The position numbers and the translations under genes are program-made. A DNA stretch of 64,000 nucleotides from Amoeboaphelidium protococcarum X5. Taxonomy: Eukaryota > Fungi > Aphelidiomycota. The notes below the pieces were generated by a model. The model had not been told where the DNA came from, searched no databases, and was given only the letters and a program-made list of their open reading frames with translations. Shown here piece by piece: positions 1 through 13,684 of this stretch; position 1 is the stretch's first letter; each line of letters begins with the position of its first letter. The stretch is from NCBI GenBank assembly GCA_023515725.1, contig JALDTO010000208.1, positions 954,367 through 1,018,366 on the forward strand. The letters run 5' to 3'.

Positions 1-1714
1 ACTTCAAGTGACGCCAATTAGCAACACGATCTTTGCCGTACATTGCCACCTTCCTCTAAAAGTCCTCTTTCTACTACATGCGAGATTGCAATCGTCTGGC
101 CTTACGTAATTCCCTTTATTCAATCACATGCTACTTTGACTCCTCAGCTGTTAGAGATCTAGACGAGCTGATTTAATCAACAACACCATCAACTTGATTG
201 CTTTAATCAGATGCAAGCATAGGTGAAGTTACGGATACAGGCTTATCCTAATTATGACAGCGCACATATGGCTACAAGACCCAATACGGCAGGATTCGGA
301 AGCCATTCTTCACAAGGACACCTTAAGGCGTGCATTCTCTGACCACAGCACCGTCGCGTGTCAATAGAGACCATTACGATTCGTCATTCTAGATATCATC
401 TTCAATCCTCTTTTACAGCTCCCGAAGGACAGTTAGATAGTCTGTCAGAGTTCTGACTATTCCAAGCTTAGCCCTGTATTGTGGGAATACATCCAATATT
501 GATCTAAGCAACTTGAAAATGTGTCCACCTATGGAACTCGCGCCGTGAAATTTCAGATTACCATCCATTGTTGTATCCACTTTCACTATCAATTTACCTT
601 CCTTAACATATTGTTCACGGTGCACAGCGTCATATTCACACCCTTCACCATTAAACTTCAGCAACCGACCAAACTTGCATCCAAATGCCGCCAACACGTA
701 TTAAATAGCAACTTGAGTAGCTGGTGGATGCTCAATCAGAAGAGGATACATCTCAATGTTCTAAGCTTTACTTAAAAAGTCTTTGCCACAAAAATCAACA
801 TCCAGATATAGTTGAGGTTGAGCCAGAGACGGAGCAAATACAGCGGGATTGTATAGATTCGTCTCAGAGACCATCACAGCATCACAACCAGTATATTCCA
901 AGCAAGACTGAATATCGTCAAAATACAGGATATTTCCATTAGAAAACACCGGGATATCTGTAATAGCTTAGCGAACCGCACGTATTTTATCCCAATCTGC
1001 AAGTCCGGTGTTGACACCTTTCATTTCTCTAGTTCGTCCATGGACAGTCAAAATTTGAGCTCCAGCACTACGAATCATACGCGCGTATTCTACTGTCTTA
1101 TCCAGATCATCAAAGACGCGTATCTTGGCAGTGACCGGAATGTCTAGCTCTTTATGTAAAGTATTAATCAGACGATAAATCAAGTCCCAATCCTCCATCA
1201 GAAAAGCGCCATAATGTCCACGTTTAGCAATTCCTTGAGGACAGCCGAGATTCAGATCGATCGCTTTGACGTGGCCCTCTGCGGCAATCATACGTGCCAC
1301 ATTCAGTAGAGTATCAGGATCATTGGCGCATATCTAAGCGATAAGTGGACTGTCAATTTCCTCTTGATGATATCCAATCTACTTGAGCACCTGTCTATCA
1401 GCAGAAGCGTTGACCATCGAATCGTAAAAATGATTGCAGCATCGATTTGCGCTATTGATCTAAAACTGGTGCTCAGTCATTCTAGCGTGAATCATTGGAG
1501 TATAACACAACTGGGCACCATAAATCGAGCTCAAAACACGCCATGGGAGTTCAGAAGCATCCACCATGGGAGCGACGACATACTTGGGACTGCCCAACGA
1601 CTTATAGAGATCGTATCCAGATAACTTTTTGCCGTTTATCATTTTTTCGCTCTACGGAGACGAATCGAGATTTAGTTGATTTGCCAATGAGAATTTGGTG
1701 GATCTCAATAGCAT
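1..1714 (-). CDS. DUS1: tRNA-dihydrouridine(16/17) synthase Dus1 (3' end runs off the window)
   Basis: ORF fragments 1460-1642, 968-1300, 761-949 and 413-697 share one frame, separated only by TAA/TAG. Motifs [44 protein letters not shown] and C-terminal PYWVL(TAG=Q)PYVR. Start is ATG 1714 or 1642. Confidence 0.93.
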
Positions 1715-1937
1715 TTCTAAATAATCTTTCATCTAAATTATTTGTTGTGTTTCAGCAATATTCCATGCTTTTAATATTCAACCAATTTTGAACGTCGTGC
1801 TTCATGTTGATATATCATGCGTTGACTCGCAAGTCTCTGAGTGCTAACAGCGGCAAAGAGTCTGAAATAAAGCACATGTAAAACATTCAATCGTAATTTA
1901 TTATAACATCACTTTACTCATCTTAATACCATCATAA

Positions 1938-4091
1938 TCACAAAACATGCTTTATTGCACAGACTGTACCGTCTTTACCGCGACAAATCTAATCACTAGT
2001 CATAGACACGAAGCCTTGACCATATCCGGCCAACTATTTCAAATCTTCAACGACGCGGCGAGAGCCAAAGTACTTATGCTTTGCAGCTCCACTGTCAATA
2101 GAGTGTCCCAAAGTAACGCATTAAACACCATCAATACTTATGGTGTTGCCATCAGCCAATACGATGTTGTAAACTAAAGGCACAGTACTTAGGACAATAT
2201 CGGAGCTGCATTCAATAGGAAACTTGTATACCTGGTCATCAACAGCGACGGGATGATACGGCGTAATCAATAAGTTTCCGTTAGATCCCAGGCGCACAAA
2301 TGCTTAAAATTCTTACTGCAGCACTGTTTATACCAGACATTCAACTTTAGCAATACCGCTGTCACTTACAACTTCATCTCCTTTTTAAATATCTTTGATA
2401 GGACACTTTGATCCGTCAGCCATTGCCACCAGACTGTCAGGATGAAAGCATACTCCACCAGAGTTATAGTAGCGAGACATATTCACAGGCGCAGCAGAAC
2501 TAGCAGAACCTCCACGACCAGATGATGCATGACGCTGAATGGAAGGCTTTGGAGCAGGTAATGAGACAAAGAGATCAGTCAGCTTCTCCACAGATTCCTT
2601 GAATAACACCCCTCCATAGCCTTAAACACCCGGATCCTTAAAGTTATTGCAGAATTGAAGCATATGAGCAAAACCAAGAGATACCATGTAATGAACACCC
2701 CACTTTGAGTACCAGTGATCATTAGACAAGGCCTGGGATACCTGACCCTCAACATCCTTGCAGATATTGTCAATGAGTTCGTATTCAATTCTACGACTTT
2801 CAATGTCTGCAGGAACTTTGATTTCTCGCTTCTGGACACAGACAGCAAACAATTCAACGACCAGAGCGGCACGGTAGATCTGAAAAACTTTAAAGTGATC
2901 ATTTAATGTAGCATCATTAGCAGCCGCTTGCACTGCGGATACTTTAATATGCTTACCATTGATCCCGTCAAAATTTAAGGTGATATCAACCGGCTAATAC
3001 TAAAACGAAGAATGCTTAATGTCAAAGACTAACGTAGTATCTTGGCCGTAGCGTAAAGGCTAAACCGTCACAGTCTAAGACTCCTGCCCAACATTAGTTT
3101 TGAAATCTCCAACAACTTTAACATTAGGATTGCTTAAAGTCAGCTGCGGATTCACAGCATATACACAACGAGCATTACTCAGAGCATTGACAAATATAGT
3201 GCCCACCATTGACGCATCGGGGATGAAACTATACGACCCACAGCCTTCCAGAGCAATGCCCTTCAAGCATTTAGTGTCCAGTGAATACCCAAAGCCAAAT
3301 GTGCTCATGGATCCGTAGACAGGATTTTGGTCAAGTTGACGTTTGATCAACTGACGATAATCCAAATTGTCAGTAGGGACTCCATCCGTTAAGATGAAGA
3401 TCGAAGAGAAATGCTCGTGAGACACCTTGGCTGCAGTCTCAATACCCAACTTGATACCTTTGCTCATGTAAGTGGAAGCAGTTGGCTGTAGCTGTTGAAG
3501 AGCATTCTTGGCCAAAATCTTGCCACCCTTCGTCATCAATGTTGGATCCAGCTCAACGATGGCGTCATCAGAGAAGGATATCAGAGACAGCTTGTCATAT
3601 GCATTCAAAGACTCAATAATTGTCAGGCAGGCGTGCTTGACCAGATCTAATAAAGTCAGGCCATCAGATTCTTGATTGGAAATCGTAGCCTCAGTTCCCA
3701 TAGAGCCAGAAATATCAATGACGCAGCAGACATGAATCGGATGAGGCTTCTTTGAATCAGGGCCACTGATAGTAACACCCATATAGTTGTTGTGAGTCCA
3801 TTTCACAACTTTCACTAACTGATCATCCAGAGCGGGCGCCAAGTTATCAGCTTAGGTGGCTGCAGAGTCAGTTTGCGACAAGTCACCACCACCTTCGATC
3901 AAATCCTTCAGAGCTCTATTAGGCAATAGCTAAGCTGCAGTAAGCGGGCGCCTAGTAATTGGGGATTCTCCATGAATCTACAGCCACTCCAAAATAGCCG
4001 TTTTCTCATATGAATTTCCATCTGGATCAATCACAGGATCCTTCATTGGCATCTGAGTGATTGGACAACACGGCATAGTACTATGAGGCAT
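1938..4091 (-). CDS. U-box + VWA + Vwaint + Hint (Vint-type) protein, 717 aa
   Basis: Single table-6 ORF. N-terminal U-box ([29 protein letters not shown]...SPITR...[12 protein letters not shown]), VWA MIDAS (DISGSM...LTDG), Vwaint (WGVHY...NNFKDPGVQ), then Hint ([17 protein letters not shown]...LLITPYHPV...VYNIVL...CVTLGH). Confidence 0.9.
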
Positions 4092-4521
4092 CCTTAATAT
4101 ATCTTTGAAAATTGAAATATCTGATAAAAATTTAAACTGAAATATGTAAAATAGAAAGAGCGGAAGATATCATAGTATGAGAAAGCACGCATGTTATTGT
4201 TTGTTACATAGCACAGTAGCAAACACAACTCCTCAATCAATTCAATATGCATTGTTTGACGCGGATTGCATAACATCAAGGCGAACGCCCATAACACTCA
4301 TAATAGATCATCGCTGAGCTTCGCTTATAAGTAAATTTCTGAGGTTCTTTGACTTTTTGGTTATACAGTTGAAAGCGGACTTTGTATATCGCCTCATCAT
4401 TTTATTAAACGCCGGAATTTATCACATTGATCCGGCCCTTTTACTATACCCCTTAAATTAACAACCACCTTTCTTTGCTAATCTGCTCATTTTAAGAAAT
4501 AATATTTACAATATTCAAAGC

Positions 4522-6189
4522 ATGACAATTTAGAATAGCAAAGAGCGAAAGCATAGCATATTGCAGTCTATACCAAGTCTATTTCGCGGTGGTAAGAAGA
4601 AAAATTAGCTGTCCAATTCCAGGAGTGAGCGCGTATTTACTGATGCACCGGATGTGGATGGCGTTCTACTGCGGGGTCATTATTATCTAAACTCTAATCA
4701 TACGGTGCTCTAGGGAGAGGTACAATGGTGCGTATCCAATTTCTAAATATAGCTGTAATACCGCTCTATAACTGGCAAGAATTAAGTAAAAACTATCTAC
4801 CTTGCAGATGTGCTTGATTTGCACCTGCACACTCAGTTTGAGCCTGTGGCGCCCGTTTTACGCGAGTCCAAGTCGCCTGTTTAGTCGCCAGCCAACATGA
4901 TGCGTAAACCATAGTCAGACACCAGCTCTAATGTATCTAGTAGTATGACTTTCCGTGAGTACACTTAGTAGTATAATTAGGGTGATATTACGAGAAAGAA
5001 GTTACTGTGTGTCGTTTACAAGGATTATGAGTTATAGACGTGTAGTATTCTGATTATCCCTCTGGATTCTGCATAAGCTCACGATAAGAAGAGGCTTCCT
5101 AATGGTGCAATGATTGAGAGAGAATTTCTTAAGCTGAAATCTAATTGGCTTGAGATGTAAGTGGGTGCTCGAGATTACAGCGACTCCAAGTATCAAATAC
5201 TCTTCTAGAACCGCGTCGAGCATGCCGAGTCTCTGACTGTCTCTTAGTGGCTCATCACTAAAGATCACGTTGTATTGTGTGGTAATGAGTTTGACTTCCC
5301 CACTGTAGTACCATTCTAGAATGTATTTGATATTGAGTATCATTCTAGTAGCACTAGTAAAGCTGGTAACTGTGTCTCTTTCCACTATGCAGAGTATAAT
5401 GATGCGGTGAAGGACTTCACTGACCGTGTCATTAATGTTACTCAATTTGGACCATTATCTGATTTTTAAGAAGTGAGTCTGTTGTGGCGACAATGTCTTA
5501 ACATTAAGATAATAGAGAGTACATTAGAAGATCATCAGTAGTCTGCTTTGACATAGTACATTTTAAATCGATTAGAACTATCCACTGGGCAATAAGAATA
5601 GAAAGCTAGTGCAGGCGTAACTGCTGCTGGCATTGGATTACGTGCAGAGTCTATGAGCTGGATATACACAAAGCCATTGCCTGAAATTGATGCCGCTGAT
5701 GATCAGTCTTCGTCTGAATTTAACATGTCCCAGATTGATTATGACGATTTCAGGTAGCTTGAACAGAGTATCAGGACTCTGGATTTCAACTAGAATGGCG
5801 TGTAAGAAGAATAACAAGTGAACTAATCGTAGTAATTCATTGAGGAAGAAGAAGAAGTTTAATGTGATGTGCTTGACACTGACACGCTGCCAATTGCTGG
5901 ACAGCAGTTTGAACTCAGACGGAATACCGTGGCTGTATTTTAGTCTAATAGTCAAGAGTCGTTTTTAGATCAAGATGGGAATCACATCAAGGATCTGTAT
6001 GAGGCAAAGTATTCATATCACAGTAATGAAAATGGTGAGCTAAAGTTTAAAAAGGGAGATATCTTACGCGTCATCAAGAAGGATGATAGTGGATGGTTCT
6101 ACTCGTTGAAATTGAAAGAGAGTGGTTAAAGTGTTATAGTCGTTGATGAAGGTTGGGCGCCAAGCAACTTTCTTCAACTCCGTCAATGA
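4522..6189 (+). CDS. SH3-domain protein (possible N-terminal PH-like region, long low-complexity middle), 555 aa
   Basis: Table-6 ORF from ATG 4522 to TGA 6187. C-terminal SH3: YEAKYSYHSNENGELKFKKGDILRVIKKDDSGWF...GWAPSNFL. Confidence 0.8.
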
Positions 6190-6549
6190 GAAATTGTATG
6201 TCACGAGGAATCAAGTAATGGACAAATTTTATATGGACATTAAAGATATTTGTCATTGACTGTCGGTGTTAAATTGTTTTGCAATAAAATCAGTTGTATT
6301 GAGTTGAACGATGTTTACCAGTTGAATATCTTAACTCTTGAATGCCTCCTTCTTAACGTGAATAAAGATCACAGGAGGCGAAATCTATATTTAACCTCCC
6401 CTTTTGCGTCCAATCAAGTGATCAATCAGAATAAGGTTATTTTTCATCAGAAGATCACATCATTTTAAATAGGAATTTTCTTCTTTTAATTCACCTCAAT
6501 AGTAAACCAGATTTTAATATATTCAATATTATTATTGGTTCAAAAAAAA

Positions 6550-8664
6550 ATGAAATTATCCGTAACTGCATCATTTGTGCTTGTGGCCCTCGCGCTGTAA
6601 TCTTAATCTGCTGACGCGCATCGTATCCGCAAAGAGTCATTTGCGCCGCAGATTTCTCAGAGATTCGTGCATGGCATTCACAAGGGCTTGGATTTGCTGA
6701 AGAATAGCGTGTTTGATGCGTGGAAATGGTCGTCGGGAAAGCCTAGGCCGAATGCCGCGATTGGAATGGATCTGGTGGCTGATGGGGAAGAAGAATTTGC
6801 ATACTTGACGCAGGCTTCGTCTGATGCACCTCTTACTATTGCCTAGCGCTTTGTTGAAAGTCAGTTGGGATTGTAGGCTGAATCTGACTATGTGGTGAGG
6901 GATCAGTACACTACTAAACATAATGGAGTCACCCATATCTATTTAAAGCAGATGGTGAATGGTCTTACGGTGGAGAATGGTGATGTGAACATCAACATTG
7001 ATCGCTAAGGACGCGTTGTCAGTTTCGGTGAGAGTACGTACAGAGGTGGTAAGGGCGTGAAATCTTCTCCCGGCTTTGTCTTACAGAATGATGGTGGTAA
7101 TGATTATGTCGCTGCTGCTGAAGAATCTTACATCGCCGCTGAGCCTAAAATCTCTGCCACCTAGGCTGTTGCGTCTCTCGCTAATTACCTGAGTTTGCCT
7201 GTGCCTCCTGAGCATCAACAGCTTGTGAAGACTGTCAACTCGCTGAATGGAGAGCCTGAGCAGGTTGTACTGGGTTTTAACTTTACTCTGAAAAATGGAA
7301 TCCCAATTAAGAACAAGTATCTGCGCGTCCAATCGGATGACGGTAAAGACAGTCTTGTGCTGGTATATGACATTCAGGTCGAGATGGAGGAAAACTGGTA
7401 TCATGCACACGTTAATGCAGAGGATGGTAAAGTCATTGCTCTAGTTGATTGGGTCAGCGATGCTACCTATGAGGTGTATCCAGTCGGCGTGAACGATCCG
7501 CATGATGGTGATCGTGTAGTGTTGAAGGATCCAGCAAAATTGGCATCTGAAGCTAGTCCTCTTGGCTGGCACGCTCAAGGTGAAGACGAATCCGACAGGT
7601 TCACAACCACAGCTGGTAACAATGTTTATGCTCAGGAAAATCTTGATGGCAAGACTTCTGGGGAGATCAACAACTATCGTCCAGATGGCGGTGAAGATCT
7701 CGACTTCAGATCCAAAGTTGATCTCAAGAAGAGTCCTAAGACTTATCTCGATGCTGCGATTATCAACTTGTTCGTCATGAACAATGTGATGCACGACTTG
7801 CCTTATGTTTACGGCTTTGATGAGTAGAGTGGAAACTTTCAGCAGAACAACTTTGGCCGTGGCGGTCAGGATGGTGATGCTGTGATGGCCAATGCACAAG
7901 ATGGTGCTGGTATGAACAATGCCAACTTTGCCACTCCACCCGATGGATAGACTCCTAAAATGAGAATGTACGTCTGGAACACAGCAAAGCCTTATCGTGA
8001 TGGTGACTTTGATAATGCCATCATCATTCATGAGTACACTCACGGTATCTCGACTCGTCTGACTGGTGGTCCTTCAAACTCTGGCTGCCTGGGCTGGGGA
8101 GAAGCTGGTGGTATGGGTGAAGGTTATGGTGATTTCATGTCTTTGATTTTGCGTCAACGCGAGCATTATAATCGAACCATGGATTTCCCGATGGGCGCAT
8201 ACGCTTCTAATCGTCCAAAGGGTATCAGAAAGTTTGTGTACTCCACCAACATGACCACTAATCCGTCCACCTATGCTTATACTCGTAAGTTTGCTTACAT
8301 TGGAGTTCACGCGAAAGGTGAAGTGTTTGCAGCAATGCTCAATGAAATGTACTGGAATCTGGTGGAGGAATTCGGATTCAGTAATGATCTGTATGATCCA
8401 CTCTCTACTGATAAGACCCGTAAAATTGATCATCCTGCTGGTAACGTTATGGCTCTACAGCTGTTGATTGACTCTATGAAATTGCAGCCATGTCGTCCAT
8501 CTTTTGTGGATGCAAGAGATGCATTATTATAGGCAGATCAAGTCAATTATGACGGAAAAGCAGCTTGCGCCATCTGGCGTGGATTCGCCAAGCGTGGACT
8601 TGGTATGAAAGCTCGTCCTGGTGGCAGAGAAGACTTCTCTCTCCCTGCCAAGTGCAAAAATTGA
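6550..8664 (+). CDS. Secreted fungalysin (peptidase M36) metalloprotease, 704 aa
   Basis: Signal peptide [19 protein letters not shown] propeptide ([27 protein letters not shown]), ASPLGWH, zinc motif [41 protein letters not shown]. Confidence 0.95.
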
Positions 8665-8898
8665 AAATCTAAGTTCAATATAAATCGTACTATACATTGA
8701 CAGATTTATTAGTCTTGATTCTTTATAACGCTAGACAATTAGATTTTAGCATTTCAACTTGCGCCTGGACAGTAAAAACGAAAAAATTAGCTGGCAGCTT
8801 TCATACTCATTAAATAACTATAAGCTTACCAAAATAGTACAACTGCTAGTTAACTTCAAATTACCAGCCCTCAGGCAATAATGATAACTAGGAATTAG

Positions 8899-10107
8899 TC
8901 AAGGCTAATCAGGAGCAGGTTTCAACAATTGAAAAGCTCTATCATCTTACGAATCAACGCGTTTGAACCGATTCGCATCAATGTCTAATGACAAAGATCC
9001 ATCGGCAGCTTAAGAATCCCCCAGAGGTAGTAGATTGAATTGTCCTCCTGCGATCAATTATTGTTTCATTTCAGATTTGAAAACCCATTCAAGTAGAGAG
9101 GATGCTCGCGGGTCAGCTTTCAATAGCGAGATGAACATAAACTTGTCCCAATCTGATAAGTCGATTATACTTTTGTAAACTTCATCTGCAATATAAGCAG
9201 AACAAAAATATAACTTATACGTCCTCAAGGTAGTAAATGCGCCAAATACGGGTTTCATAAAAAGCATTTGATGAGCAAATTCTTCCGTGTTTGCGCTGAA
9301 CACTAGACAGTCCTTCAATTAAGAGTAAGATTTGATGAGTCTGCATTCTGTTACGAGTGACTATACATAATCCACAACCTCATCAGGATCTAATGTCAAG
9401 CATACACGTGCAGTTCCGCCAACTAGTGAATATCGCCTCTCAACTTCATCGTGGCCAATCTCTAGATTCAAAAAATCATGTGCCTCAATCAATTCATCCA
9501 GAGACCAAAATGGCATGTAAAAAATAGCAGGTGAACTCTTACTACTGGACTTGAGCCAGCTATAGTTCGGACAAGTAAAGCAAATCATTTGAGTCCTACG
9601 TGGGGAAGCAAAAGGAGGCCCATCATACAGATGAATAGCATCCGGATAATCATTCATGAGATCGACTTCGTGCCTTTTCTTTAACTATCCGTTTGCACTT
9701 CTTGCATGCGCAATATCAAGTACTCCATCTCTTTCTCCCACAAAGGGAGGATAAACAACAACTTGTAACAGATATCTTGACTCATCAAAAGAAGCAGTCA
9801 CTATTTACTTATCAGGATTAGATTCGCGATACTCTTAGAAGAAATGAGCATAGAATACAGACTTTCCAATTCCTGGAGTTCCAGTTACAGTAGTGATGAA
9901 TTTTCCCTTGTCCAACGACTGAATGAGATAACCATAGTACTCATCATAACAATCTCGAATGTAATATTTTGGATAGGAAGCCTCGTTGGATTGTGGTAAT
10001 TAACGTTGGGCAGGCGTCATTTCGAACACAGATTCTGCCACCATTCTATCATAGGCTGCATCAAAAGCAAACGCGTCAAATTTAGTTTTTAGACTCTAAT
10101 CTCCCAT
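8899..10107 (-). CDS. Crinkler (CRN)/RHS-type P-loop NTPase effector-like protein, 402 aa
   Basis: Table-6 ORF with YYIRDCYDEYY, Walker A VTGTPGIGKSVFY, HLYDGPP, FYMPFWSLDEL and ERRYSLVGGTARVCL, the motif series of the CRN C-terminal NTPase module. Confidence 0.75.
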
Positions 10108-10310
10108 ATCGTAGTCAATACTCTGCGTAAAAATATGAGTATGTTCAGACTTATGGCTTTCGTGTGCGTACACGCTTGACGCGTCTCTTTTTCCTTTTCA
10201 AATCCTCAAGGCGAACGAACGTTCTTGCTATTCCTCAAAGTACCGTACTACGTATCCTTAAACGAAATAACGGACATTTATTGCTCTAATATTAATATAA
10301 AATTATTAAA

Positions 10311-10674
10311 ATGCACTTTTGGAATTAAGAAGAGCGTGAAGAGAACAAGAAGAAGTTCTAGACTGCACCATATGATCCTCGTTTCCCTTCCACTAACCAG
10401 GCCAAGAGATGCTTTATCAACTACGTGGACTATTGGAAGTGTGCTAAAGTGAATGGCGAAGAGAATCCAATTTGCCAAGAATTCAAGTATGTATTCTCAG
10501 AGATTTGTCCTCCATTCTGGGTAAGCATATTATCTCTTATTGTGTATTTATTAGATGCAATGTACTTATATTTATTGATATTATTCGTGCATGTAGGTGG
10601 AGAGTTGGGATGAGTAAAAGGCTGCCGGAAGACACCCAGTGCGTGAGATAAACGAGGTTGACCCAAAATTCTGA
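10311..10674 (+). CDS. COX12: Cytochrome c oxidase subunit 6B; exons 10311-10520 and 10597-10674
   Basis: TAPYDPRFPSTNQAKRCFINYVDYWKC...C...ICPPFW/VESWDEQ; 76-nt GTAAGC...TGTAG intron in phase 0. Confidence 0.92.
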
Positions 10675-11328
10675 TAGTTGACGAAAGATGAATATATATA
10701 TATACTTTGATTTTTCGATAGGTTGTTGTTAGATTTCGCTTCTTGTGCTATATATTATAACTGAAGATGGACTCAACATACATCATCCTCATTAGAGGTC
10801 AAAGATCTTTTTGCGAAAGTAGAAAAACAATTAAAATGGACACAAGGTAGAAAATTCAAAGTAAATATGTAGCAAAGATTTTGTCAGCATAGGTAAAGAG
10901 TTAACCGTATCCTGACACCCAATCGTTTGCGTCAATCTCCTTCACGCATTGAGGTAAGCGTCATTAGATGTAATAAGGCTAATAAGACGCGTAATTTATA
11001 ATTACAACAATACGGAAGTGTTTAAGCGTTTGTTGAAGAATGAAAAGAATGAAGTGAGGCGACGTCTCTTTATAAAGCCTTTTTCTCCTCAACCCAAGTG
11101 CGAGCGAGACCGTGCTTTGAAGAACGGGCGACGTTGGCGTCTGTCTTGCATCACTATTTCAACTTTCTGCATACCATCAATCTGTTAGTGTTTCAAGGCC
11201 TTCAATTGTATAAAAATATTCATGTATCTTGCTCTATAGTGTGCAGCATTATCATATCCAGCAGAGAGCATTTCATATCCATTGTTAGAATATTCCGTGA
11301 TCTAAAAATAGATTATCGTGTCATCACG

Positions 11329-12627
11329 ATGGTGATTGATGTACAATTTATATAATCTTCCAGATTCATGGTCATTGCTCGTACCCTGTACACAAGAGTT
11401 TTCATTCTGTTAATTTTAAGCATATTTATTACAAGTGCAATTGTCAACTCCTTTATTCTCGATAAGTCTTAGTTTGTTTAAATTGTCTGCCTTATAGCAT
11501 TGCCCTTCAAAACAGTGGCTGCGATCATGAAACAATCTGATTACGTTTAAGACTCTCAAGATTCGATCGAGGTTGAAGCTGATATCGCCGATACTGCCGT
11601 ATTGTCAGAGAATGATGTCCTCACAGAGTCTGTGGTGGCTTCGATACGTTTACAGAATGCATAAACATCTGTGAGTGTGACAGCGACTGAATAGTAAATG
11701 CCTACAATTGTGAAGGAAAACAGTCCCTACATGAAAAAGTAGAAGACATAGACTGATAAGAGTGGCAGTGACAAGACTAAGAGCAAAGTTATGCATACTG
11801 CAGTGATGATGAGCGATGAGATTGTCACATCTAATGCTGCATTTTTGAATCATATGCCATGCTGCAAGATTTGTTCATAGCCCTTGATCGCGTCTGTTAC
11901 AGCTTATGATGCATTTGTATCGCCGTGCTATTGTGAGAGCAATGATAGATTTGTTCATCGGCGATGTCTCTACGCAGCTGCTGCTAATGATGGAATACCT
12001 TCTGGCAATGGTTACGCAGATTAGAGTTAGAAATAGCAATAAAATCAACCTAAAGTTCCTTATCACTGCGATTATTGTAATTACAGCTATACATTGAGAC
12101 GAGTCTAATTTGGTAAAGCTACTAGACATATATCTGTTGATATTTTATTGACTTTATGTGCAAGTATGTTCCTACTATACATACTCAGTCGGCTCGAAGT
12201 CTTTAATTTGATTATACCTCTGAAGGGAAATAATCTCAGTCAAGATTAGATTGGATATTTTAATGGATTTGTAATTTCTACAATTATTGGATTATTCATA
12301 CTGCTTACAGGTAGCGTATGTCACCTATTCGCTATAGTAGATATCTGCAAGTATTAACCTGTAGATTTACCTGTATGGTATACTTAGTTCTTTGACTTTT
12401 ACACGCTCTAATGTGTAATACACGCGTCATGGTATCGACTGGAAGCTTTGCTGGTGTTGGTGTTATTTCTTTCAGTGTATGCTGCAACATCTATGCTGAT
12501 GTGCTACTACTTGATATGGGTTGTCATCTATATATCTCTTGGTAGATTACAGGTATTGATTGAAAATATAAAGCCAGATTCTTCATAAGCAAAAGGTAAG
12601 CGGAAGACTGACAATGCCATAATATGA
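11329..12627 (+). CDS. RING-CH (RINGv/MARCH-type) membrane E3 ubiquitin ligase-like protein
   Basis: Table-6 ORF with C4HC3 pattern CKIC...VSPCYC...FVHRRCL...CDYC followed by several hydrophobic segments. Start is ATG 11329 or 11368. Confidence 0.75.
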
Positions 12628-12729
12628 TGATCAGATAGTTTTAAACTATATAGAATACTATACAATAGAGTTAATTAAGTACATATCAATTTCATTCATA
12701 ATATTTAGTAACTACCAACAATAATCCTA

Positions 12730-13440
12730 TCACGCTTTAGGCTGGGCAAACATGATTTAAACTGTATATACGTGAGTGTCTACATCATAGTGATCAAAAA
12801 GGAGATCAGAGTTGACATCTACGGGTGTATTAGGTATCTTAAATGCTATGTTCTCATAAGGATCAGCAGCGATTACCAAGTACTACCACGCGTTGTCTGG
12901 CGTATCAACTTTCTGCTCATAAGCACTCATGAACCGGTACATGGGATGTACATCAGCCAGTATTAGCGGAACGTGTATCTAAAATAAAAGGCCATACCGT
13001 CCTGACAGAGGATCTCTAATTTTCTGTATCTTATAACCAGGTCTACCGACTCTAGCGACAGTTCTCTATATTTTAGCTTTTTTATCCGCGGCGGATTCAT
13101 CACCTTTACCACTACCACCCGCAGCAGCGACAAGAGTATCAAGACTATGAGCTCCGGGACCGAGCTATTTTGCCTCTTTAGCCGCTCGCCTAGCCAAGTT
13201 GGCCTTGTGTTTCTTTCCTTGAGTATGCGCCAGATATGAACCTTCGTTGACGTGGAGTGTTAGACAGAGTTTACATTCAAACGTACCCAAATGATTCTTT
13301 AGAATGTACGGATCTTTTGATAGATCTACAGTCTCCAGTGCCAATTATCTCTACCTCTCGCGTCGACTCAAATTCTGTTCGCTAGCAGTGGCAACTCCAC
13401 CGCCACCAAATTTAACACCAACTCTATTTTACATGTCCAT
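12730..13440 (-). CDS. SF3A2: Splicing factor 3A subunit 2 (Prp11/SAP62), 236 aa
   Basis: MDM(TAA=Q)NRVGVKFGGGG...LALETVDLSKDPYILKNHLGTFECKLCLTLHVNEGSYLAHTQGKKH...RFMSAYEQKV...YLVIAADPYENIAFKIP. Absent from the standard-code ORF track. Confidence 0.96.
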
Positions 13441-13684
13441 CTTTAATCACTTTAATCACTAAATACTCTGATAAATGGTGTAAAATAATCGCGTTTTATT
13501 CTTGGCTCGAGCTCGCTGAAAAGTGTTGAATGAATAGGGGCGATTCAAAGGGCGCTTCCTAAGATAGAGAGAGAGAGAGCAGACTGAGCGTCTTTGATTG
13601 CGCAAGGGGAAAAGAAACTATTCTTCGTCGCGTCTCTTCGTAGCGGATTATAAATACTCATCAGTAAAAGAAAATTAATTTAGT

